DNA of 64,000 nt. It comes from Candidatus Latescibacterota bacterium. Lineage in GTDB: Bacteria > Latescibacterota > UBA2968 > UBA8231. Positions 17,864 to 27,111 of this stretch are shown piece after piece. Under the pieces are notes generated by a model, which worked only from the letters and a program-made list of their open reading frames with translations, did not search any database and had not been told where the DNA came from. The stretch spans positions 224,001 through 288,000 of the forward strand of contig OZ241362.1 of NCBI GenBank assembly GCA_965200315.1. Reading direction: 5' to 3'. Numbering within the stretch: position 1 is the first letter of the stretch; each line of letters starts with the position of its first letter. Made by a program: the position numbers and the translations under genes.

Positions 17864-20084
17864 CCCGGCGTCGATTTTTGAGCCGCGCACCGGCCAGCGC
17901 GAGATTTTGGCCTACCAAGGCGGTCTGCTGGGCGTGTCGGCCGTGCCCGGCAGCGGCAAGACCACCGCGATTGTCGCCTTGGCGACTCGGATGATCGCCG
18001 CAAGGCGCGCCGAGGGCGGGCAAGTGCTTATAGTGACCTACCAAAACGCAGCCGTGGACAATGTCCGCGCCCGCATCGGCCAGCACCTGCAAGAAATGGA
18101 CTTGCTCCAAGTCGGCTACGACGTGCGGACCTTGCACAGCTTGGCCTACGGCATCGTCCAAGCCAATCCCGGGCTGGTGGGGGCCGCCGAATTTACGGTC
18201 CTCGACGAGCGCGCCAGCGAGAGTTTGCTCGACAAGGCGGTGCGGAGCTGGAACGACGACAACAAGAGGGTGTGGGGTCGGTTGGGGCCTGGGGAATACG
18301 TAGATCAGCGGTGGGAGCAGGAGTGGCGCGACATTGCGCGGAAAGTCGCCCGCACACTCATCACCACGGCCAAGAACCGCCGGTTGCGGGCCGAGGACCT
18401 CTTGGCGCGGATCGGTGGCCGGGACGACAGAAACCAGTTTTTGCGGATCGGCGCGGAAATCTACCGGCTCTACCAGCAGCAGGTGGAGACCATCGGCGGC
18501 CTCGACTTCGACGACTTGGTGTGGATGGCCGTAGAGATGTTGCAGCAGTACCCGGATTTGTGCAGCCGCTACCGCCGGCGTTGGCCCTTCGTCTTGGAGG
18601 ACGAGGCGCAAGACAGCGTCCCCTTGCAGGAGGAGCTGATTGCGCTGTTGGTGGGGCCGGGCGGCAATTGGATTCGGGTCGGCGATCCCAATCAGGCGAT
18701 TATGAGCACCTTCACCGCGGCCGATCCGCGCTATTTGCGCGACTTCTTGGATCGGGAAGACGTCGCGGTCGCAGAGATGACGATTTCTGGTCGTTGTGCC
18801 CCCAAGATCATGGATTTGGCCAATTTTCTGGTCGAGTGGGCCGCGGTCGAACACCCGCTAGCCGAGGTGCGCCAGCGCACTTTCCGGCCCCAGCAGATGC
18901 ATCCCACCGACCGCGGCGACCCTCAGCAAAACCCCGCGGATGCCGATAGTGCCATAGGGTTCCGCGAATACAACAACCGCCACGATGAATTCGACAGCAT
19001 TGCGCGGCGAGCCAAGGGCTTTGCCGAGCGCAATCCGAGCTTGACGGTAGCGGTGTTGGTGCCGACCAACCGCATCGGCTACGACATGGCCGAACGCTTG
19101 CGCCAAGCCGGAGCGGACTTCGACGAGGTGCTGCAAAGCCCGCGCTCGGCGCGACGGGTGGGCGAGGCGCTGTGTGCAGTGTTGGATTTTCTTTCAGAGC
19201 CTTTGGGGCGCAATCAGTTAGAGCGATCCTATCGCGCTTTGGTCGGCTTTTGGCCTGGGCCGAGTGGGCCGGGTAATGAGGAGGCCGTGGCCATGCTGTT
19301 GCGGAGTTGCTATCGGCCCGAAGCGCTGCTCTACCCAGAGGGCGGTAAGCGCATGGAGGAGGCCCTGCCCCCGGTGGATCACATCGAACCGCAGGATTTG
19401 GAAGCTATTGAGCTCCTGTGTGGTTATCTGCGGCGCTGGCTGCGGGCGGTCGAGCTGCCGGTGGATCAGCTTTTGATGACGGTCGCCCAAGATTTGCTAG
19501 TAGAGGAAGTAGATATGGCGCGGGCGCAGCAACTAGCGGTCTATGTGCGCATCCGCGCCGACCAAAACACAGACTGGCAGTTGCCCGAATTAGTGCGCGA
19601 ACTGAGCGAGGCCGTGCAGGGCCGAGCGGGCGCGCTCGCCGAGGCCGAGGCCGCATTGGGACCTCAGCCGCGGCGGATTTTCCTGACGACCATGCACAAG
19701 GCCAAGGGGATGGAGTGGGATTTAGTTTATGTCATGGGGGTTGATGGCGATTGGTTTCCCCACGACCTCGACGCGCGGTTTTTGGGCGAGTACGAATTTT
19801 TAGGCGGCGATCCCTGCGAGGATGCAAAGGCCGAGCTGTTGGACCTGCTCGGCGAAATCGGGTCGAGCCGACTGTCGGCCACTGATCGTTCGCACGCCGA
19901 GGTGATCGCCGAGCGACTGCGGCTACTCTACGTGGCCATTACCCGGGCGCGGCGCTATTTGGTCTTGAGCTGGAGTCGCCAAATTCCGCGCGCCACGCGG
20001 ATGCAGCCCGCGCCCATGGCCGAGGTGTTCCGCCAGTTGCAGCTCTATTGCGAGCAGCAGGGCGGCAGTCGAAGTTCTGGATAA
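17856..20084 (+). CDS. ATP-dependent SF1 DNA helicase (UvrD/Rep family, atypical)
   Basis: AVPGSGKT, TLHSLA, DFDDL, EDEAQD, VGDPNQAI, TMHKAKGMEW and RLLYVAITRA motifs; start uncertain (GTG 17856 or ATG 17823). Confidence 0.92.
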   Translation: MCSPASIFEPRTGQREILAYQGGLLGVSAVPGSGKTTAIVALATRMIAARRAEGGQVLIVTYQNAAVDNVRARIGQHLQEMDLLQVGYDVRTLHSLAYGIVQANPGLVGAAEFTVLDERASESLLDKAVRSWNDDNKRVWGRLGPGEYVDQRWEQEWRDIARKVARTLITTAKNRRLRAEDLLARIGGRDDRNQFLRIGAEIYRLYQQQVETIGGLDFDDLVWMAVEMLQQYPDLCSRYRRRWPFVLEDEAQDSVPLQEELIALLVGPGGNWIRVGDPNQAIMSTFTAADPRYLRDFLDREDVAVAEMTISGRCAPKIMDLANFLVEWAAVEHPLAEVRQRTFRPQQMHPTDRGDPQQNPADADSAIGFREYNNRHDEFDSIARRAKGFAERNPSLTVAVLVPTNRIGYDMAERLRQAGADFDEVLQSPRSARRVGEALCAVLDFLSEPLGRNQLERSYRALVGFWPGPSGPGNEEAVAMLLRSCYRPEALLYPEGGKRMEEALPPVDHIEPQDLEAIELLCGYLRRWLRAVELPVDQLLMTVAQDLLVEEVDMARAQQLAVYVRIRADQNTDWQLPELVRELSEAVQGRAGALAEAEAALGPQPRRIFLTTMHKAKGMEWDLVYVMGVDGDWFPHDLDARFLGEYEFLGGDPCEDAKAELLDLLGEIGSSRLSATDRSHAEVIAERLRLLYVAITRARRYLVLSWSRQIPRATRMQPAPMAEVFRQLQLYCEQQGGSRSSG

Positions 20085-20105
20085 ACGTAGAATCAGGAGG
20101 CCAAC

Positions 20106-20720
20106 ATGGACAAAGTTTTTATCTATTGGGACGACTCCAACATTTTCATCAGTGCTCAGCAAGTGGCTATTGAACGAGAAGGCGAAGCCGTGCGCTCTCG
20201 GGTGCGCATTCACTTTCGCAATTTGCTGGAATTGGCGCGGGCCGGGCGAGACATTGAGCACGCTGTCGCTGTTGGCTCCATTCCACCGGAGTTGCGACAG
20301 GTGTGGAATCGCTTGGAAAACGAAGGCGTCCCCGTCCACTTACTAGAACGCGGTGCCATGCAGGGGCGGGAACAGGGAGTGGACCAAGTGTTGCAAACCG
20401 CGATGCTGCGCGATGGATTCGATTACAACGGCGATCCGGGCATTGCGGTACTGCTCACCGGGGACGGGGCTGGCTTTGACGATGGCGTTGGCTTTCACGC
20501 CGACTTAGAGCGCATGCGCCGCCGCGGCTGGCGCATTGAAGTAGTGTCGTGGCGGCATAGTTGCAATCGCCGGATGCGAGAATGGGCCGAAGAGAATGGT
20601 CAATTTATTGCGTTGGATGATTTTTACGATAGTGTAACGTTTCTCGAGCGGCCCGCCCCGGGCGAACCCATAGCACCTCCGCGCTATGCGGTGCCGGTTG
20701 ACCTCGACCAGTGCCGATGA
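20106..20720 (+). CDS. NYN (LabA/DUF88, PIN-like) domain protein
   Basis: YWDDSN, EQGVD and LLTGDG acidic motifs; RBS AGGAGG. Confidence 0.85.
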   Translation: MDKVFIYWDDSNIFISAQQVAIEREGEAVRSRVRIHFRNLLELARAGRDIEHAVAVGSIPPELRQVWNRLENEGVPVHLLERGAMQGREQGVDQVLQTAMLRDGFDYNGDPGIAVLLTGDGAGFDDGVGFHADLERMRRRGWRIEVVSWRHSCNRRMREWAEENGQFIALDDFYDSVTFLERPAPGEPIAPPRYAVPVDLDQCR

Positions 20721-21520
20721 TACCGCAAGGATTCCAGTACAGCCAGAGCAGTCTGACGGCTTTTGAGCGCTGTCGGCGGCAGTTTCTGTTGCGCTATGTC
20801 GAGCGGTTGGCGTGGCCAGCGCCACTGACCGACCAACTCGACGAGTGGGAGGCAGCAGCCGACCGCGGGCGGTCGTTCCACCAGTTCGTGCTGCAGGAGA
20901 GCTTGGGCATGGATGTGGAAGACGCAGTGCAGCGCAGCCGCGACCCGCTGTTAGCCGCTTGGTGGCGCAATTGGCGCGAGCAGCCGCCGGTGGTGCCCGA
21001 GGGGGCCATGTTCGGAGAAACCATGCTTTCCGTGCCCCTAGCGGGTCGGCGTCTAGTCGCTAAGTTCGACCGCGTGGTCTTAGCCGACGATGGCCGCGCT
21101 TGGATATTCGACTGGAAGACCGGCCGCAAAAAGCCAGCGCAAGCCGCATACTTCCAAAGCTGGCAAACGCTGGTCTATCGCTTTGTGTTGGTCGAGGCCG
21201 GTGCGGTCTTGAACGATGGCCGCGCCCTCGCGCCCGACGACGTGACGTTGGTCTATTGGCACGCTCAGTATCCGCAGGCTCTGCAGCCGATTGCCTATTC
21301 GGCTGCCGAGCACGAGCGGTCGCGTGCGCTTTTGTCAGAGGCAATCGCCGCCATCGAAACTCTGCCAGACGCGGATGCGTTTGCCAAAACCGACGACGAA
21401 GGCGAGTGCCGGCGCTGCGAATTTCACACCTATTGCAACCGGTCGGCGGCGCGGAGCGACGATTGGGACATCGACGATGATGAGTTGGAGTGGGAGCAGA
21501 TTCCCGAAGCAGAGCTTTGA
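20717..21520 (+). CDS. Stand-alone PD-(D/E)XK (RecB/AddB-like) nuclease with 4-Cys Fe-S motif
   Basis: SQSSL..FERCRRQF, G..FH, KFDRV, DWKTG, QTLVY and CRRCEFHTYC motifs; acidic tail; ATGA overlap with the NYN gene. Confidence 0.88.
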   Translation: MIPQGFQYSQSSLTAFERCRRQFLLRYVERLAWPAPLTDQLDEWEAAADRGRSFHQFVLQESLGMDVEDAVQRSRDPLLAAWWRNWREQPPVVPEGAMFGETMLSVPLAGRRLVAKFDRVVLADDGRAWIFDWKTGRKKPAQAAYFQSWQTLVYRFVLVEAGAVLNDGRALAPDDVTLVYWHAQYPQALQPIAYSAAEHERSRALLSEAIAAIETLPDADAFAKTDDEGECRRCEFHTYCNRSAARSDDWDIDDDELEWEQIPEAEL

Positions 21521-21526
21521 CGCTAA

Positions 21527-23008
21527 TCAGCCTTTGAGCGCACCGAGCTGGATGCCGCGCACGAAGAACCGCTGGCCGAAAACAAAGAGCACGATCATCG
21601 GAAGCATCATCAGGACGCTCCCTGTCATCAACAGCGAGTAGTTGGTCCCCTGTGAAGAGTCGAAGTAGCGCAGGGCCACCGGCAGGACTCGCATGTGTTC
21701 GGAGTGGGTGACGATCAGTGGCCAGGTAAAGGACTGCCAAGTGCCCATAAAAGAGAAGATGGAGAGGGTGATCAACGCCGGCTTGGACAAGGGCATGACG
21801 ATGGTCCAGAAGGTCTTCCAGAGGTTGGCGCCGTCGATTTCAGCAGCCTCTTCCAGCCCCCTCGGCAGCCCAGTCATAAACTGGCGCATCATAAAGGTGC
21901 CAAAAGCAGTGAACATGGCTGGGATGATGAGTGCTTGGAACGAATCGAGCCAGCCGAGGCTTTTGAGGATCACGTAGTTGGGAAGCAAGGTGACAATCCC
22001 GGGAACCATCAAGGTGGCCAAGTAGAGCAGGAAGACGGCGTCTCGGTAGCGCCATTCGAGGCGGGCAAAGGCAAAGCCGGCCATGGCCGAAGTAACCACT
22101 TGGCCGACCATTACGCAGACGGCGACAAAAAGGCTGTTCCAGCCATAGAGCGAGAACTTGATGTCCTTGTCGCGCAAGACCCGGATGTAGTTGGACCACA
22201 TGAAGCGTGACTCGCTAATTTTCAACACGTCGCTGCCGTATGCGATGCGCAGCTCGTCCTCTCCGGGGAAACGGGCGTAGAGGACGTCGCCTCCGGCTTT
22301 TTCCGTCAGCGGGTCGTTATCGCTTCTGAGCAAGGGAGAAGCCGAGCGAAAGGGCATGGTGTTGCCGTCGGCGTCGAGAATTGGCTCTTTGGCTTGGATG
22401 TCCAAAACCGGGTCCCCGACGCGGTCCCAGGAAATGTCGCGGTACGTGTAGGGTGTGCCGTCGGTGCGCAACAGTGGAGTGCCATCGGCAAGCTCGACTG
22501 AAGCTGGCGGTAGCTGCTCGGCCGTGCGCCAACTCTGGCGCTGCTGTATGAGCCGCTTCTGCCACTTGTGGCGCAGAGTTTCGGTCAACAGCAGGGGGGC
22601 ACCTTCGACGAGAATCGGATTCCAGCGGTTTTTGTACACGGCGATGCCGCCGCGCTCTTCGACGTTCTTGCCGGGGATGGGCTGACCTTCCGGATCGTAG
22701 ATCAGGCGGCCCTGATGGTCGCGGATGGGGTCGCCGGGGGCACCGAGTATTACTGGGTTGCCGAGGGTGATGCGGATTGGCCCGCCTTGGGCGTCGAGCA
22801 GCGGTTGGCCATCGCGGGTCCGCAGCAGGTCGCCTTCGTTGCCGAGGCGCACTTCCTGCGGCCAGACGTGGCTCTGGAAGACCTCGTTTTCGCTCTTGAG
22901 CGAGGTGAGCACCATCCACAGGAACGGCACGAGCGTGGTAAAGCCGAAGAGGACGAGCAGCCCGTGGCTCAGCGAGTGGAGCGCAGTCGTGCGCGCAACT
23001 TTAGCCAT
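21527..23008 (-). CDS. Carbohydrate ABC transporter permease (MalG type) with large soluble insertion
   Basis: MVLTSLK, NSLFVA and LEEAAEIDGA (EAA loop); ~220-aa insert after TM1. Confidence 0.92.
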   Translation of the reverse strand: MAKVARTTALHSLSHGLLVLFGFTTLVPFLWMVLTSLKSENEVFQSHVWPQEVRLGNEGDLLRTRDGQPLLDAQGGPIRITLGNPVILGAPGDPIRDHQGRLIYDPEGQPIPGKNVEERGGIAVYKNRWNPILVEGAPLLLTETLRHKWQKRLIQQRQSWRTAEQLPPASVELADGTPLLRTDGTPYTYRDISWDRVGDPVLDIQAKEPILDADGNTMPFRSASPLLRSDNDPLTEKAGGDVLYARFPGEDELRIAYGSDVLKISESRFMWSNYIRVLRDKDIKFSLYGWNSLFVAVCVMVGQVVTSAMAGFAFARLEWRYRDAVFLLYLATLMVPGIVTLLPNYVILKSLGWLDSFQALIIPAMFTAFGTFMMRQFMTGLPRGLEEAAEIDGANLWKTFWTIVMPLSKPALITLSIFSFMGTWQSFTWPLIVTHSEHMRVLPVALRYFDSSQGTNYSLLMTGSVLMMLPMIVLFVFGQRFFVRGIQLGALKG

Positions 23009-23020
23009 GCGCCTTGCCCC

Positions 23021-24178
23021 TCAGTTGACTGCGCCCCGACCGAAGCGCCAGTTGAACAGCGTGATGGTGAATATGATGACAAACATAAACCAAGCTACGG
23101 CGGCCGCGTACCCGAACTCTAGGTTTTCAAAGGCCGAGCGATAGATGTAGTAGCCGAGCGTTACGGTGTTGTCCCCGTCCTTGCCCGGGCCGCCATTGGT
23201 CATCAAGTAAGCGATCTCAAAGCCTCCTTGCAGCCCGCCGATAATAGACATGACACAGATAAAGAAGGTCGTCGGGGCGATCATCGGCCACGTGATGTGC
23301 CAAAATTGCTGCCACCGCGAGGCTCCGTCGATGTCCGAGGCTTCGTATAGCTCCTCGGGCACATTGGCGAGGGCCGCGAGGTAGAGGATCATGTTGCCCC
23401 CGCCCATGGACGCCCAGATGCCCATAAAAATGATGGCTGTCTTGGCCCAGTAGGCAGCTTGCTCTAGGCCGAGCCAAGACAGCCAGCCCAAATCGACGCT
23501 ACTGGAAAGCCAATTGGGCAAGTCGTCGATGCTGTTGAGACCCGACAGCAAGGCCATGCGCCCCGATAGCCAAGCCCAAGGACCGCCGTATTCGTAGAGG
23601 CCGCTGACGATCCAGTAGAGCGTGGCTACTGAAAGAAGCGCGAACAGGACTTGGGTCGGCCGTTCGGACATAGCCTTGCGCACGAGGGATTGCAGGGCCA
23701 AACCTACCAGCACGAGGATCGCCACGCGCACGGCGAGCGAGAAGTAGGGCCAAGAGAGCACGGGCAACAGGATCGAATTGACGAGACCGTACTTGGGGTT
23801 GTAAAGCCACTTCCAGAGCAAGAACAGCGCGACCCCATTGGTGACGGTGGGGAGGTAGAAGACGGTGCGATAGACGATGATGCCGCGCAGCTTTTGCGAG
23901 AGGACGATGGCCAATATGAGCGAGCCGCCGATGGACAGGGGCAAGCCTACCATGAGAAAGACCGTGTTGTAGAGATAAAACCAGAGCTTGGGGTCGGTCA
24001 GTAGCCGAATAAAGTTGTCGAAGCCAATGAAGCGGGGCGCGGAGAACGTGTCCCACTGAAAGAACGCGAGGCCAAAGGAAAAAAACACCGGCAGGGACGT
24101 GAAGATCAAAAACCCGGTCAGATTGGGCGCGAGGAAGAGCAGCGCCCAGCGCAGAATTCTCTTTTCGCGAGGTTTCAA
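23021..24178 (-). CDS. Sugar ABC transporter permease (MalF type)
   Basis: FIGFDNF, YRTVFYLP and ELYEASDIDGA motifs; two extra TM helices. Confidence 0.92.
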   Translation of the reverse strand: MKPREKRILRWALLFLAPNLTGFLIFTSLPVFFSFGLAFFQWDTFSAPRFIGFDNFIRLLTDPKLWFYLYNTVFLMVGLPLSIGGSLILAIVLSQKLRGIIVYRTVFYLPTVTNGVALFLLWKWLYNPKYGLVNSILLPVLSWPYFSLAVRVAILVLVGLALQSLVRKAMSERPTQVLFALLSVATLYWIVSGLYEYGGPWAWLSGRMALLSGLNSIDDLPNWLSSSVDLGWLSWLGLEQAAYWAKTAIIFMGIWASMGGGNMILYLAALANVPEELYEASDIDGASRWQQFWHITWPMIAPTTFFICVMSIIGGLQGGFEIAYLMTNGGPGKDGDNTVTLGYYIYRSAFENLEFGYAAAVAWFMFVIIFTITLFNWRFGRGAVN

Positions 24179-25884
24179 GCGTCCATCTCCGCGCGTTGCC
24201 GCCGTGCGTAAAACGCTAGGCCAACGCCGATTGCCGCTAGAAGGACCGCGATTCCGAGGAGATCGAGCACGTGGCTGCGGCTGGAGAGTGTGCTGTTGCG
24301 CTTGGCCTTGGCCAAGGACTCGCGCATGCGGACGGACATTTCGCGGACGGCCGCTTGGCCGACCGTGGGGTTGCTCACCGCGCTCTGGTGGGGCTGGCGG
24401 CCGAGAAATCGGTAGGTCTGGCGGGCTGTTGAGTCGGCGGGCTGGTAAGCCGCGTTGATGAGGTTGGTACCCAGTGCGCCCTGCAACCGGGTAATGTCAA
24501 AAGCAGCTCCGTAGGCCGCGGCCTGCTCTGCGACGGGGTGTTCCATGGCGTCGAGGAGGGCCGAGCGGTGTTGGTCTTCATTGGGGAATTCGGGGTCGGG
24601 CTGAGAGAAGTAGCGCACTGAGAACTGCTTGCGACTGCCGAAGGCGTCTGCGTCCTTGGTCAACAAGTTGTTGAAATCCGGGCTGGACAAGTATTCCAAA
24701 AAGTAAAAAGCCTCCCGCTCGTGCTGCGTGCCCTTGCGGATGGCCGTCACGCGTCCGCCCATCTCGCCCGCCTTGCCCCGGTGGCGGCCGGTCCCGCTGA
24801 TTTCGCCCCAAGGGCCGTCGCGCCGGCTCGGATTGGCGCGGACCTCGGGATCGCTCATCCAGCGCTCCCATTCCTCATAGGGCACGTAGCGGGGCATGGG
24901 GTAAATCTCGGTGGTAAAGCGGGCCTCGCGGCGCACCTTAATAAGCCCCCAGCGGCCGATGAGGATAGTGCCCAGTTTGCCTGCCGAATACAGCCCTAAG
25001 ATGGATTGCCCGCCCCAACCGCCCCCACCTGTTTGCGCGGATTGATCTTCGGCCGAGGGCACGACGTGGAAGGTGTTGACGAGGTCGTATAGGTATTGGG
25101 CGGCTGTGGCACCGGCTGGCGAATCGAGGGCGATTTTGGTGCCATCGTCGTTGAGGAAGCTGCCACCGGCCTGATAGATGAAGTTGTTCAGCCCTCCGCC
25201 GAAACCGGCCCCGCCCGAGCCAAAGGTCTCATAGCGCCGGCCATCGGCGCTCTTTTTGGTGAGGGCTTGGCACAAGAGGACGTAGTCCCACCAAGTCCAG
25301 TGGTTCCACGGCAAGGGCGGCATGGCCAAGTTCTGCGCCTGACGCTCGCGCTGGACTGCGTCGTAGAGCGAGCGGTTGAGAAAGGTAACGCTGACGGTGA
25401 CGTTGTTGGGGACGGCAAAGATGCTAAAGTGCTCGTATTCGTCGGCCTCGGCTGGCGCACCGGCCACGGATACGGCGAGGGCGTTGCGCCGGTGCAGCCA
25501 GAAGTCGTCGAGGCTTAGCTTGGCCTCTTGCATGTAGTCGTTCAGTTCGACCATGACGCCCTTAGAGGCATAGAGCGCAAAGGTCGCATAGCTATAAATA
25601 TCGAAAACGTCCGGGCCGGAGCCAGCCGCGGCTTGGGTGAGAATTTTTTGCACATCCGCGCTCGGGTCGAGGACGACGCGCACTTTTTTGTCTTCGTAGA
25701 GCCGGTTGAAGAGGGCCATTTGTTCGGTGCGCGCCGGATTGGGGTCGGAGGCCCAGCGGATGACGGTGTACTCGCCGCCTGCGGACGGGTCGGCTGGATA
25801 GACGGATAAGCCCCAGCGGTTGAGGGCGTACCAACCGACCAAGATCAGGGCGAGGACGGCGATAGTCGTAGATAGATCGCGCAA
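24175..25884 (-). CDS. ABC sugar-binding protein (family 1) with C-terminal TM
   Basis: GPDVF, LNDY, FAVP, WTWWD and A..FLEYL SBP_bac_1-like motifs; N- and C-terminal hydrophobic segments. Confidence 0.82.
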   Translation of the reverse strand: MRDLSTTIAVLALILVGWYALNRWGLSVYPADPSAGGEYTVIRWASDPNPARTEQMALFNRLYEDKKVRVVLDPSADVQKILTQAAAGSGPDVFDIYSYATFALYASKGVMVELNDYMQEAKLSLDDFWLHRRNALAVSVAGAPAEADEYEHFSIFAVPNNVTVSVTFLNRSLYDAVQRERQAQNLAMPPLPWNHWTWWDYVLLCQALTKKSADGRRYETFGSGGAGFGGGLNNFIYQAGGSFLNDDGTKIALDSPAGATAAQYLYDLVNTFHVVPSAEDQSAQTGGGGWGGQSILGLYSAGKLGTILIGRWGLIKVRREARFTTEIYPMPRYVPYEEWERWMSDPEVRANPSRRDGPWGEISGTGRHRGKAGEMGGRVTAIRKGTQHEREAFYFLEYLSSPDFNNLLTKDADAFGSRKQFSVRYFSQPDPEFPNEDQHRSALLDAMEHPVAEQAAAYGAAFDITRLQGALGTNLINAAYQPADSTARQTYRFLGRQPHQSAVSNPTVGQAAVREMSVRMRESLAKAKRNSTLSSRSHVLDLLGIAVLLAAIGVGLAFYARRQRAEMDA

Positions 25885-25920
25885 GGAAAAACCCGTTGAG
25901 GATGCGAGGCGAAAGGGCCA

Positions 25921-25948
25921 ATTGTAAAAAAAAATGTAGGATTGTCAA
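25921..25948 (-). promoter_or_regulatory. Sigma-70 promoter of the ABC operon
   Basis: Minus strand TTGACA-N16-TACAAT. Confidence 0.65.
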
Positions 25949-26012
25949 TGCAGTAGAGGGTAACGCTATTTAATAACTATTATAAAACAATAATAATAAA
26001 TAACAAAATAGC

Positions 26013-26041
26013 TTGACATGTATGGGAACAGTGCATAGATT
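26013..26041 (+). promoter_or_regulatory. Sigma-70 promoter of the envelope cluster with A-rich UP element
   Basis: TTGACA-N17-TAGATT; A-rich tract at 25970-26010. Confidence 0.7.
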
Positions 26042-26095
26042 GAGCACTTCGTCTCTCGCCCTATTAACCTTGAACCTTGCCAAAGGAGGCTTCCC

Positions 26096-26992
26096 TTGAA
26101 GAGACTGAGTCTTCTCGCTTTGATTGCGGTGATGGCTGCTTCGGCTGCTTTCGCGCACCAAGCTAATTATTTCATGCCGCAGATTCCCAACCCCGACAAC
26201 ATGGTCGTCGACGGCAACGACGACGACTGGGGTTGGATTGATCCGGCTTTCGCCATCAACCCGGACACCATGTTCGAGATTCTCGGTAGTGAGTGGCCCC
26301 CGGCCAAAGACGACTGGGACTGCATTCTCTACGTGGCTTGGAGCTCGTCCCCCGACAATTCGCTTTACTACTTTGCTCGGGTTACCGATGACTCGCTGGG
26401 CCTCTTCGTCGAGAACCCCCAGGAGTATTGGAAGGACGACTCGCTGGAAATCATCATCGATGCCGACCACTCGAGTGAGAATTTCAACGAGACCGAGATG
26501 ACCTCCGGCCAGCAGTACGGTATCCGCGTTTTGCCCGCCGCTGGTCAGAAGGACACTTGGATCTTCAACGTGCCGCAGGAGAGCATCCTGTGGTCCACCG
26601 AGCGTCCTTGGTTCGTCTATGAGTGGACGCTCGATCCGCCGGACGCCCGCCCGATGGAGCAGCCCGCTGGTAGCTCGGTGACCTATACTTACGAGGTCAA
26701 GCAAGCTGTGTGGACCTTCCACGACAAGACGGGTCCCGATGGCAGCGCCCGCCACAACTTCGCCCCCGACCAGATCATCGGTCTGACCTTCCAGTTTGAC
26801 GAGACCGAGAATCCCGAAGCGGGCCGCGAAAAACAGCCGGGCACGACGCCGGTCAACGGCGCGTTCCAAGACAACTCAAACGGCTCGGACTTCATCACGG
26901 TGGAGACCGAAGGGGCTACGGGTGGTACAGGCGGCACGACGGCAGTCGAGGCCGATAGCTGGGGTCGGATCAAAAGCTACATGGTCCAATAA
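26096..26992 (+). CDS. Secreted CBM9/DOMON-like protein with C-terminal TAVEADSWGRIK motif
   Basis: Signal peptide (AFA); VDGNDDDW, LYYFARVTDD, WKDDSLEIIID and YTYEV motifs; G/T linker; RBS AAGGAGG with TTG start. Confidence 0.78.
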   Translation: MKRLSLLALIAVMAASAAFAHQANYFMPQIPNPDNMVVDGNDDDWGWIDPAFAINPDTMFEILGSEWPPAKDDWDCILYVAWSSSPDNSLYYFARVTDDSLGLFVENPQEYWKDDSLEIIIDADHSSENFNETEMTSGQQYGIRVLPAAGQKDTWIFNVPQESILWSTERPWFVYEWTLDPPDARPMEQPAGSSVTYTYEVKQAVWTFHDKTGPDGSARHNFAPDQIIGLTFQFDETENPEAGREKQPGTTPVNGAFQDNSNGSDFITVETEGATGGTGGTTAVEADSWGRIKSYMVQ

Positions 26993-27111
26993 GGGGCACC
27001 CTAGCATCTTCTGCTAGATCGCACATTGTGCGCAATTGATAAAGAGAGGTGGAGGCGACTTCATCTCTCTTTATCTATCGCCTCTGCACCGCTTTCAGGA
27101 AGGCATTCTCA

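Noticed and set aside
20717-21520. Cas4 / CRISPR adaptation gene
   Set aside because: No cas1, cas2 or array in the window; the helicase context favours an AddB/RecB-like role.
12108-21520. Known multi-gene defence system (BREX, DISARM, Gabija)
   Set aside because: No PglZ, BrxC, DrmAB or OLD/TOPRIM partner recognised.
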